Shown: positions 1-10,408, counted from the first letter of the stretch. The stretch is 64,000 bases of DNA from Deinococcus sp. (GCA_965261005.1 OZ253375.1:2432001-2496000); one strand, 5' to 3'. Numbers and translations are program-made. The notes: generated by a model not told the origin, from the letters alone.

Positions 1-183
1 CGGCTTGATGTACACCGGCTGCGGATTCATCTCCGATTCGCGGCCCGGCTGTTGGTCCTGCGTCTGCGGCGGGTTGGTGTGGCCCTTTTGCATTTGGCCG
101 GTGTCCTGTTGACTGACGTCTTGTTGGCCGGTGTTTTGTTGGCTGAGGTCCTGTTGGCCTTGCTGTCGCTGTTTGTCGGTCAT
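1..183 (-). CDS. N-terminal part of SDR-family oxidoreductase (YhdF/YghA general-stress type), runs off the window
   Basis: Manual translation from ATG 183: MTDKQRQQGQQD...PPQTQDQQPGRESEMNPQPVYIKP; the PPQxQxxQPGxESxMxPxP extension is typical of this SDR subfamily; catalytic part not in window. Confidence 0.6.
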   Translation of the reverse strand, partial: MTDKQRQQGQQDLSQQNTGQQDVSQQDTGQMQKGHTNPPQTQDQQPGRESEMNPQPVYIKP

Positions 184-371
184 ACCTTATCAGAGCGACC
201 CCCCGCGCTGGGAGGCGTCAGGTGGCTTACAAGGTCAGCAAACCCCCAATCTCTCGCGAACGGCGGACCAAGGCCAAGCCGGCTGGTAAGGCCTTCGGTG
301 AGGCGGCGCTTCAGAAGGAGTGACCGGCCTTTCACGTTGCGGCGCCTTCCCCAGGCGCAACATCGGGCCAG

Positions 372-1004
372 ATGATCTCCGCCCCTTGGTCCTTGCGCGG
401 TCGCGGCCTCGTGGCGCTGTACCGCGCCCGCGCCGAACTGGTCCCGCCCGACGTGCGCGCGACGTTTCGCGGCGGCGTGGCGGCCGTGCTGCTGCTGTCC
501 TACGAACGCTCCCCGGTCGGCCCCTACCACGAACTGCTGTACATAGGCGGCTTCTTCGACGTGGGCGGCGCCCTACACCCGAGGGTCACGCGCATTCTGG
601 TGGACAGCCCCGCCAGCTTGGAGGCCGGGCGTGATTTGTGGGGCCTACCCAAGGCGTTGGCGCGCTTCGATTGGCATGACAAGTTCGTTCGTGTGGAACG
701 GGCGGGCCACCTGGTCGCGGAGTTCGCTTGGCACCCCTTCGGCCCGCGCCTGCCCGCGCTGAGCGCCCCTATTCCAAGGGGATGGCGCACGCTGGTGCAG
801 CCTTGGTCGGGCGAAACGCGCTTCACCTCACCGCAGGCTGTGGGCCACCTGCGGCTCGCGCGGCTGACCCACGCCCTGGTCAATCCCGCGCTGTTCCCCG
901 ACGTGGGCGAACGGCCCCTGCTGACTTTGGAGATCAGCGACGTGCGCCTGCTGTTCCCAAAGGCCAAAATTGGGCATGAAAAAAGCGGCCACTCGGGCCG
1001 CTGA
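372..1004 (+). CDS. Acetoacetate decarboxylase (ADC) family protein
   Basis: APWSLRG, YERSPVGPYHELL, VDSPASLEAGRDLWGLPK motifs. Confidence 0.7.
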   Translation: MISAPWSLRGRGLVALYRARAELVPPDVRATFRGGVAAVLLLSYERSPVGPYHELLYIGGFFDVGGALHPRVTRILVDSPASLEAGRDLWGLPKALARFDWHDKFVRVERAGHLVAEFAWHPFGPRLPALSAPIPRGWRTLVQPWSGETRFTSPQAVGHLRLARLTHALVNPALFPDVGERPLLTLEISDVRLLFPKAKIGHEKSGHSGR

Positions 1005-1040
1005 TTTCTAAAGTGTAGCGTGGTATGCACGGGAAGTCAA
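979..1040 (-). ncRNA. Candidate promoter-terminator mini transcription unit (~30-nt hairpin RNA), copy 1
   Basis: Minus strand TTGACT-17nt-TACACT, then ATCA-GCGGCC-CGAGT-GGCCGC-TTTTTT; near-identical to 30004-30065. Confidence 0.5.
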
Positions 1041-1060
1041 GCGTATTCGTCCGGTCCTCC

Positions 1061-2104
1061 CTACGCCTCGCTGCCCAAGTGTTCCCGCGCCCACCCGTAA
1101 AACTCCGGCTTGTAGAACTCCAGCCGAACCTTTTTGTACTCCTTGGTCGAGTACAGGATGTCGTAGTCAACGCCCCGCGCGACCTCGCCCGCGATGGCCT
1201 GAATCTTGCCAAACGCCTCCTCCTTGCTGCGGCCGTGGACCATGGTGAAGATGGTGTAGGGCCACTCGGGGTAGGTGGGGCGCAGGTAACAGTGCGAGAC
1301 GGCCTTGAACTCGGCCATGCGCTGCCCGGTTTGCGCGACCTCCTCCTGCGGCACGGCCCACACGCCCATCGCGTTGAAGGTGAAGCCCGCCTTTTGGTGG
1401 CGGAACACCGCCGACACCCGCCGCAGGGCGCCCGCGCGCTTCATCTGCTCGGCGTGGGCGGCGACCTCTTGAATGGTGAGGCCCAGCGCCTCGCAGGCGG
1501 CGGCGTAGGGTTCCTCGGTCAGCGGCAGGTCCTTTTGAAACTCCACCACGAAGCGGCGGTCAAGGTCGCTGACCGCGTAGCCGACGTTGCGCTGTTCGTT
1601 GGTGTATTGCGGCTTTGCCTTGGCGTTCCAGTCCTCTTTGCCGGTCATGTCGAACTCGACGCCGATCTTGTAGAGGTGCAGGGTGGGCATCAAGCGCGTG
1701 AGGCTTGCGCCCGACAGCTCGTGCAGCTTCTGGACGTGCGCCGCCAGGTCGCTTTCGGGCGGCACGGCGATGGTGTACCACAAATTGAAGTCGTGGTTGC
1801 GCCTGTAGTTGTGGCTGACGCCGGGATGGCCGTTCACGACCTCCGCGACCGCGTCGAGCTTGTCTGGGTCGGCCTTGATCGCCACCAGGCTCGATTGGTA
1901 GCCGAGGGTTCGGGTGTCGAAGATGGCGCTCACCTGCCGCAGCACGCCCCTCTGCTTTTCCTCACGCAGGATGGCGAGCGCCTCCGCCTCGCTCAGGCCC
2001 ACCTCCTCGGCGAGGGCGCAGTAAGGGCGCGCCGTGATGGGAATGTCCTTTTGCACGCGGTTGAGCAGCAACTCGCGCGGGGTGGTCTCCGTGGCGGCGG
2101 TCAT
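1061..2104 (-). CDS. Fused siroheme decarboxylase AhbA-AhbB / NirDL-type (Lrp/AsnC-like fold, two halves)
   Basis: Two repeated halves: RPYxxLAEEVG..GVLRQVSAIF..VSHNYRR..FNLWYT and EPY..GALRRVSAVF..VSHCYLRP..WPYTIFTMVHG. Confidence 0.8.
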   Translation of the reverse strand: MTAATETTPRELLLNRVQKDIPITARPYCALAEEVGLSEAEALAILREEKQRGVLRQVSAIFDTRTLGYQSSLVAIKADPDKLDAVAEVVNGHPGVSHNYRRNHDFNLWYTIAVPPESDLAAHVQKLHELSGASLTRLMPTLHLYKIGVEFDMTGKEDWNAKAKPQYTNEQRNVGYAVSDLDRRFVVEFQKDLPLTEEPYAAACEALGLTIQEVAAHAEQMKRAGALRRVSAVFRHQKAGFTFNAMGVWAVPQEEVAQTGQRMAEFKAVSHCYLRPTYPEWPYTIFTMVHGRSKEEAFGKIQAIAGEVARGVDYDILYSTKEYKKVRLEFYKPEFYGWAREHLGSEA

Positions 2105-2148
2105 ACCGCCACGCTAACACGCCGCCCGCCGGTCAAAGGTCCCAAGAA

Positions 2149-2526
2149 TTATTCCAGCTCGGCCACGACCTCGATTTCCACCAGCACGTCCCTGGGCAGG
2201 CGTGACACCTCCACCGTGCTGCGCGCCGGATAAGGGGCGCTGAAGTGTTCGGCATATACGGCGTTCAGGTCCGCGAACTGGCCGAGGTCGGTCACGAAGA
2301 CCGTCACCTTGACGGCGCGCTCCAGCGAGCTGCCCGCCGCCGCCAGCACCGCCCGCAAGTTGGCGAACACTTGGCGGGCCTGCGTGTCAATCTGACCTTC
2401 CACGGGGGAGCCGTCGGGGCGCAGCGGAATCTGGCCGCTGGTGAAGACCAAGTGGCCGACCTTGACGGCCTGGCTGTACGGGCCGATGGCGGCGGGGGCG
2501 TCTGGGGTGGTCACGGCCTGCTTCAT
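2149..2526 (-). CDS. ridA: RidA/YjgF family enamine/imine deaminase
   Basis: APAAIGPYSQAV, SGQIP, PARSTVEVSRLP, VEIE motifs. Confidence 0.9.
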   Translation of the reverse strand: MKQAVTTPDAPAAIGPYSQAVKVGHLVFTSGQIPLRPDGSPVEGQIDTQARQVFANLRAVLAAAGSSLERAVKVTVFVTDLGQFADLNAVYAEHFSAPYPARSTVEVSRLPRDVLVEIEVVAELE

Positions 2527-2563
2527 ATCACTCCTGGGAGGCCCAAGTTACCGAGCTACACAG

Positions 2564-3733
2564 TTACTCGCTGGCCTCCTGATAATCGCGCCCAGGATAA
2601 TCGCGCTCTGGGTAGGTCTGGCCGGCGACGGTTGGGCCGGCGCGCTCATCCGACCGCAGGGCGCGCGCGGGAAGGCGCAGAACGGCCAGCAGCGCCAGCA
2701 GCGCCACGACGCTCAGCGCCGAAATGGTGGGACGCTGCTCTGGAAACACGATCATGCTCAGCAGCGCCAGGTACACCACGCCGAGAATAGCGTAGGTGAG
2801 CGCGCCGCGCCGCTGCGTGCCCGCGCGAATGGACAGCGCCTCCACCGGGCCGTCTTGGTGCAGGGCGGGCAGCGTGTAGCGCGGCCGGGCGGCCCCCGTG
2901 CGCACCTCGACCACGATCACGGTGATGTTGTCGGGACCGCCCGCCGCGTTGGCCGCCGCGACCAGTTCGGCGGCCAGCTTGGCGGGTTCCAAGCCGCGTC
3001 CCAGCAGCTCGGCGATTTCGGGGTCGTCCAGCACGTCGCTGAGGCCGTCGCTGCACAGCAGCAGGCGGTCGCCGCGCTCCAGCGGCAAGCCCAACAGATC
3101 GAGCCGCACGCGCTCCTCGCCGCCGAGGGCGTTCGACACGATGTTGCGCCATTGGTGGGTGCGGGCCTCGCGCTCGCTGATGATCCCCAAGCGCACCTGC
3201 TCGGCCACCCAGGAATGGTCGCGGGTCAAGCGGGTGAGTTGGCCCGCGCGCCGCAGGTAGGCGCGCGAATCGCCCACGTTGGCGATCAGGGCCGCGCCGC
3301 CGTCCACCACCAGGGCGGTCAGGGTGGTGCCCATGCCCGCCGCGCTGCCGGTGGCGTGGCGGTGCACCGCCGCGCCCGCCGCCTGCACCGCCGCCGCGAG
3401 GCGCTCGGGCGCGGCGGCGCGGCCCCGCGCGTAGCTTTCGCGCAGTTCCTCCAAGGCGAGCTGCGAAGCGACCTCGCCCGCCGCGTGGCCGCCCATCCCG
3501 TCCGCGATGGCGAACAGGCCGCCGCCCTGCGCTTCCAGTACCAGGGCGCTGTCCTCGTTGACCGTCAGCCGCCGCTCACAGCCCACGTCGCTGTGCATGG
3601 CGATCTTGAGAAAGGGCGTGGTGCGCGTGAGGGCGCTGACCTCTTCGGCCAGCGCCCCAGTCACAGCCCTCCCGGTGACGGAACCATCGAACTCCATTCC
3701 ACCAAAGGTAACGGGCAACCCTCTGCGGCGCAT
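2564..3733 (-). CDS. PP2C-family Ser/Thr protein phosphatase with two C-terminal TM helices (start uncertain: 3733, 3697 or 3598)
   Basis: NEDS, ADGMGGHAAGEVAS, GTT, NVGDSRAY, CSDGL, GGPDNIT motifs. Confidence 0.85.
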   Translation of the reverse strand: MRRRGLPVTFGGMEFDGSVTGRAVTGALAEEVSALTRTTPFLKIAMHSDVGCERRLTVNEDSALVLEAQGGGLFAIADGMGGHAAGEVASQLALEELRESYARGRAAAPERLAAAVQAAGAAVHRHATGSAAGMGTTLTALVVDGGAALIANVGDSRAYLRRAGQLTRLTRDHSWVAEQVRLGIISEREARTHQWRNIVSNALGGEERVRLDLLGLPLERGDRLLLCSDGLSDVLDDPEIAELLGRGLEPAKLAAELVAAANAAGGPDNITVIVVEVRTGAARPRYTLPALHQDGPVEALSIRAGTQRRGALTYAILGVVYLALLSMIVFPEQRPTISALSVVALLALLAVLRLPARALRSDERAGPTVAGQTYPERDYPGRDYQEASE

Positions 3734-3797
3734 GCCCACCAATATAAGGGAATGATGAAGTATAGGAGGGCTTTTTGTTCACAGTTTTGACACCGGC

Positions 3798-3826
3798 TTG
3801 ACGGGTTCGGCGCCGGACCGTAGCCT
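3798..3826 (+). promoter_or_regulatory. Sigma70 promoter of the pheST leader
   Basis: TTGACG (3798-3803), 17-nt spacer, TAGCCT (3821-3826); ATG follows 6 nt later. Confidence 0.7.
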
Positions 3827-3832
3827 GGACCG

Positions 3833-3895
3833 ATGTTGACGGGCCGCCGCGGTACACCTTCGCCGTTTTTTGGACGCGGGACGCGGCCGGTTTAA
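3833..3895 (+). CDS. Putative pheST leader peptide (20 aa, tandem Phe codons; PheM analogue)
   Basis: MLTGRRGTPSPFFGRGTRPV*, TTT TTT at 3866-3871, leaderless start, followed by terminator. Confidence 0.65.
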   Translation: MLTGRRGTPSPFFGRGTRPV

Positions 3896-3910
3896 AGCAA
3901 TCCAGGCCCC

Positions 3911-3944
3911 GCCCCGCCCATTGCGGCGGGGCTTTGTTTTGTTT
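3911..3944 (+). terminator. Attenuator terminator upstream of pheS
   Basis: GCCCCGCC-CATTGC-GGCGGGGC followed by TTTGTTTTGTTT. Confidence 0.75.
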
Positions 3945-3976
3945 CCCTTTCACGACTTCCCTTCCTAGGAGACCCC

Positions 3977-5097
3977 ATGTCACGAGATTCGCTTGCCGCC
4001 ATCGCGTCGGCGGACACGCCGGAAGCCCTGCAATCCCTGCGCACCCAGCTGCTCGGCAAAAACGGCGAGGTCACGCAGCAGCTGAGGGGTCTGGGCGCCT
4101 TGCCGCCCGAGGAGCGCAAGGCGCGCGGGGCCGAGATCAACCTGCTCAAACAGGCCCTGGAGGAAGCCTTTGCGCGCCGCGAAACCGAGCTGGAGGGGAG
4201 CGCCTTAAAGGCGCAGCTCGCCGCCGAGGCCCTCGACGTGACCTTGCCGGGTCTTGAGCTGCCCGCCGGGGGGCTGCACGTCATCACGCGCGTTCTCTAC
4301 GAGTTGGAGGACATCTTTGCCGGCATGGGCTACAGCGTCATCGAGGGCCGCGAGGTCGAGGACGAAACCCACAACTTCGACGCCCTGAACATGCCAAGTT
4401 GGCACCCGGCGCGCGACTTGCAGGACACCTTTTGGCTGGAGGACGGCTTCTTCAACGGCTCGCCTACAGATCGGGCAAAGTCCGATCCGCAGGACGCGCC
4501 TCGCCTCGCGTTGCGTACCCACACCTCCAACATGCAGGTGCGCTACATGGAGGCGCACGAACCGCCGCTCAAGATCGTGGTGCCGGGCAAGGTCTACCGC
4601 TACGAGGCGACCGACGCCACCCACGAAAGCATGTTTCACCAGTTCGAGGGCTTGGTGGTGGGGAAGCGCGTGACCATGGCTGACCTCAAGGGGGCCGTCG
4701 CCGAGATGGCGCGGGCGATGTTCGGCGCCGGCGCGCGGGTGCGCTTTCAGCCCAGCTACTACCCCTTCACCGAGCCGGGGGCCGACTTCTCCATCTGGTG
4801 GGACCAGGAGCAGAGGTGGCTGGAACTCGGCGGCAGCGGCATGGTGCATCCCAACGTCTTTCGCGCGGTGGACGATCTGCGTGAGGCGCGGGGCAAGACG
4901 CGCGTCTATGAGGGGATGACCGGCTTCGCCTTCGGCCTCGGCCCCAACCGCATCGCCATGCTCAGGTACGGCATTCCCGACATCCGCTACTTCTACGCCA
5001 ACGACCCGCGCGTGCTGGAGCAGTTCCGGGGCAACTTGGAACGGGGAGAGCTGGGGCAGGATGTGAGCTTGCCACACGACACCGTGCGGGAGACGTT

Positions 5098-5101
<4 letters not shown>
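3977..5101 (+). CDS. pheS: Phenylalanine--tRNA ligase alpha subunit
   Basis: HPARDLQDTF, LRTHTS, FHQFEG, YYPFTEP, GFAFGLG motifs. Confidence 0.97.
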
Positions 5102-7425
<2,324 letters not shown>

Positions 7426-7475
7426 GCGCGGGGCGCTTCCCATGCGGGCGGCGCCCTGCTATTCTGACCCCACGT

Positions 7476-7552
<77 letters not shown>

Positions 7553-7555
7553 ATC

Positions 7556-7630
<75 letters not shown>

Positions 7631-7638
7631 TGCTTCTT

Positions 7639-7715
7639 GCGCCCTTAGCTCAGCTGGATAGAGCAGCCGCCTTCTAAGCGGCCGGTCCCCCGTTCGAGTC
7701 GGGGAGGGCGCGCCA
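7639..7715 (+). tRNA. tRNA-Arg(TCT)
   Basis: GCGCCCT...AGGGCGC-G-CCA, anticodon arm gccgc-CTTCTAA-gcggc. Confidence 0.95.
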
Positions 7716-7743
7716 GCGAAAACAACGTCTGACACACAAGGAG

Positions 7744-7775
7744 AGCGGAGGGCTGAAAAGCCCTCCGCTTCGTTT
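7744..7775 (+). terminator. Hairpin terminator after tRNA cluster
   Basis: AGCGGAGGGCT-GAAA-AGCCCTCCGCT-TCGTTT. Confidence 0.6.
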
Positions 7776-7811
7776 GACCACTTGCTGACCACTTAGGGGC
7801 TGTGAAATTGC

Positions 7812-8018
7812 TCACTCGCGCTCTTTTGGCAGGGCCGTCAGCTCAAGATTAAGGGCGCCCAGGATTCTCTGCCACACGGCGGGCGGCTTGCCACGCTCTT
7901 GAAGTGCCCGGTTGAGTTCTTGCGGCGTCATGCCAATTTGCCGGGCGAATTCCGCCTGACTGAGGCCCTCCGCCTGAATGCTGAACCGCACCAACTGCCG
8001 GATTCGGCTGTTCATCAT
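7812..8018 (-). CDS. Small XRE/Cro-like HTH regulator
   Basis: GLSQAEFARQIGMTPQELNRAL; AGGGGAG RBS before the GTG/ATG ATG cluster at 8013-8021. Confidence 0.75.
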   Translation of the reverse strand: MMNSRIRQLVRFSIQAEGLSQAEFARQIGMTPQELNRALQERGKPPAVWQRILGALNLELTALPKERE

Positions 8019-8151
8019 CACTCCCCTTCGACTTGCAGTATAAGCCGTATCGGTTGACATAGCAACCGTTTTGGCTTATGATAAGAGCAAGCAGAAGGGG
8101 CGGTCCAACCGCCAAGTCAGAAGCGCCCCCTGCGACCCGCAGGAGCGTCCT

Positions 8152-8593
8152 ATGAGCACTACCAACCCCCCTGAGCGCCACCCTCGCCAGCATGCGTGCC
8201 AACGGTATTCATAGCGTCGTCGGCTTCGCCTTCGACCGGGACTACATCGACTGTGCCGAGTACCGCGCCCTAGTCGTCGTGTACGCCGACGGCCGCCTGT
8301 ACGCCGCCGGCGAGGAAGTCCATCAGGACGCCGACAAGAGCGCCTGGCTCCGGATGGCCTGGGCCGCCACCCGCCGCACTGGCGAGCGCCCCGTCTTGGT
8401 CTGGGCAGAGGCCATCGCCTGCGCCGAGGCCCACACCCTCCACGTCACCCTGGGCAAGCTGGGCGTGCGCGACCACAGCGCCTTCGCGGCGTTCGTGCTG
8501 GGACGGCCTGTGGAGCACTTTTGGGAGCTGAGCCATTTGGGGGCGCGCGAGGTCCGTCTGCGCGCGCTCGCGTTGGAGACCGTGGCGGCCTGA
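8152..8593 (+). CDS. Hypothetical mobile-element protein; possible +1 frameshift in C6 run (8166-8171), intact frame from 8192
   Basis: AGGAG at 8141 precedes ATG 8152, which is 1 nt out of frame with ORF 8192-8593; terminator hairpin at ~8610-8644. Confidence 0.5.
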
Positions 8594-8642
8594 CGGCGCG
8601 CCTGGCAAAGCGGGCTGGCCCGAATACCAGCCCGCTTTTCTC

Positions 8643-8671
8643 TTGATTTTATATCATTATTGATATAGACT
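8643..8671 (+). promoter_or_regulatory. Leaderless TA promoter with palindromic operator
   Basis: TTGATT-17-TAGACT; TATATCA-TTAT-TGATATA palindrome (8650-8667) in spacer and -10; ATG at 8677. Confidence 0.7.
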
Positions 8672-8676
8672 AAACC

Positions 8677-9474
8677 ATGCCCGAGATCAGCACCTTTTAC
8701 GGCATTCGCGTCACGGTCAATTGCCGTGACCACCTGCCGCCGCACTTTCACGCGGTCTACAACGACGATGAGGTGCTGATCGATCTGCGCGACCTGAGCG
8801 TGTACCGGGGAGGGCTTCCCAGGCGTGCCCTGCGTTTGGTGCAGGAGTGGGCTGCCGCACACCACGACGAGCTGAAGGCTGTGTGGGCTGCGGCGCAGGC
8901 CAAGCAGCCGCTTTTCAAGATCACCCCCCCTTCCCTGAAAGGAGCATGCATGTACCGAGTCACCGAAGTCACGCCCGGCGAGGGCCTCACCCTGCGCCTT
9001 ACCTACGGCGACGGCGCTGTCATTCACGCCGACGTGAGCGGTCTGCTGAAGGGCGATCCCGGCGTGTTCGCGCCGCTCGCGGATCGCGCCTTTTTCGAGC
9101 GGGTCGTCCCTGGCGAACGCGGGCGCAGCGTCACCTGGCCCGTGGCGGTCGGCGTGCCGAGCCTTGGCGACCTCGACCTCGACGCCGACGTGTTCCGCAT
9201 GAACGACGGCGACCCGGACAAGCCGGACGACATCCGCACCTTGTCGAGCGCGCCGCCAATTCCCGCCGACCCGATCAGCCTGGAGGTCGCCCGCGCCCTT
9301 TCTGAAAGCGGCCTGACCCAGCAGGTCATCGCTGAGAGGACGGGCATGCGGCAGCCTAACGTGGCGCGCCTAGCCGACCCCACGTATCACGGTCACTCGG
9401 TCGCCGCGTTGCGGCGCCTCGCCGAGGCGCTCGGGCAGGAGCTGGAGGTGCGCTTTGTTTCAAAGGCGAGCTGA
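8677..9474 (+). CDS. In-frame fusion of DUF4160 toxin-like domain, DUF2442 antitoxin-like domain and XRE HTH
   Basis: MPEISTFYGI..DHLPPHFHA..LPRRALRLVQEWA (DUF4160); internal AAGGAG-ATG 8950 then LRLTYGDG..VFAPLADRAFFERV..VTWP..DLD (DUF2442); C-terminal GLTQQVIAERTG HTH. Confidence 0.75.
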   Translation: MPEISTFYGIRVTVNCRDHLPPHFHAVYNDDEVLIDLRDLSVYRGGLPRRALRLVQEWAAAHHDELKAVWAAAQAKQPLFKITPPSLKGACMYRVTEVTPGEGLTLRLTYGDGAVIHADVSGLLKGDPGVFAPLADRAFFERVVPGERGRSVTWPVAVGVPSLGDLDLDADVFRMNDGDPDKPDDIRTLSSAPPIPADPISLEVARALSESGLTQQVIAERTGMRQPNVARLADPTYHGHSVAALRRLAEALGQELEVRFVSKAS

Positions 9475-9658
9475 CCCAGAGGAAGTCTCCAAAGGAGCGC
9501 TCCACCCAACGGGGCGCGCGAAGCGTCGCCCCTCGCCACCCTGCTCAAGAAACTCTCCGAGACCTAGTCGGGGGCGAAGCTCTCGCTCGCCGCCTTGCGG
9601 GGGCACTTGCCCCCCATCCCGCTCCGCTCACCTCTCTTTGCATCCCGGAAAGGATTCC

Positions 9659-10138
9659 ATGTCCTACCTCGCGATTCTCGAATACGACGGCCGCGCCTAC
9701 GGCGGCTTCTTCCCGGAGCTGCACGTCACCGCTGGCGGCAGCAGTTCCCTGGAGGTGAAGCGCCTGCTCGCCGAGGGCGCCGCCCTGTATCTCTACGAAC
9801 TCGCCGAGCTGGGCCAGGCCGCCCCCCCCGCTCGCCTGCACTCACTTGCGGACGTGCCCACCGCCGACCTGGAAGGCTCCCTGGAAGTCGAGACCGCCCT
9901 GATCGAGCCAGCCCCCATCAACCCGCTGAGCGTGCTGATCGAGCGGGCCATCCGTGAGGCGAGAGAGCGCGACCCCTCGCTGAGCGACACCGAGCTAGCG
10001 AGGCGCATGAACACCTCGCGCGCCTCGCTCTCTCGCCTGCGCGACTTCTTCTACTGGGACCAGAGCGCAACCTCCTTGCGCAAGCTGGAGGCCGCCCTCG
10101 GCATCCGCTTCACCTACGGCTACCAAAAGGCCGGCTGA
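9659..10138 (+). CDS. HicB-family antitoxin with C-terminal HTH (no intact HicA upstream)
   Basis: YLAILE..YGGFFPEL..TAGG..LLAEGAALYL; C-terminal ELARRMNTS..LRKLEAALG; GGA RBS. Confidence 0.7.
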   Translation: MSYLAILEYDGRAYGGFFPELHVTAGGSSSLEVKRLLAEGAALYLYELAELGQAAPPARLHSLADVPTADLEGSLEVETALIEPAPINPLSVLIERAIREARERDPSLSDTELARRMNTSRASLSRLRDFFYWDQSATSLRKLEAALGIRFTYGYQKAG

Positions 10139-10300
10139 GGCCAACCCGAACGCAAAAACATCCCCGCTCAAGCTTGAGCGGGGGCGAATGCAGGGCGAGC
10201 GCTGTGCGGTTGCCCTGGGGCGCGCCAAAGCGCTTGCCCGCTTGCCCGAGTGGCGCTATAGTATGTCCTCGGTTGGCCGTGAGCCAGCCCAGCTTGGCGG

Positions 10301-10377
10301 GGGTCCTTAGCTCAGCCTGGTAGAGCAACGGTCTCCAAAACCGTGGGTCGTAGGTTCGAATCCTTCAGGGCCCGCCA
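10301..10377 (+). tRNA. tRNA-Trp(CCA)
   Basis: GGGTCCT...AGGGCCC-G-CCA; arm acggt-CTCCAAA-accgt; promoter TTGCCC-17-TATAGT at 10234-10262. Confidence 0.95.
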
Positions 10378-10381
10378 AAGA

Positions 10382-10408
10382 AAAACCCCGCTGTGAGCGG
10401 GGTTTTTG
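10382..10408 (+). terminator. Bidirectional terminator after tRNA-Trp
   Basis: AAAAACCCCGCT-GTG-AGCGGGGTTTTT. Confidence 0.8.

Noticed and set aside
1025..2233. Long antisense and alternative-frame ORFs throughout (e.g. 1025-2233, 2441-3790, 14552-16048, 34935-36197, 56665-58113)
   Set aside because: Shadow ORFs of real genes, expected in high-GC DNA; no motifs
3780..3976. T-box riboswitch upstream of pheS
   Set aside because: No TGGNACC T-box bulge or stem I motifs; the leader-peptide model fits better
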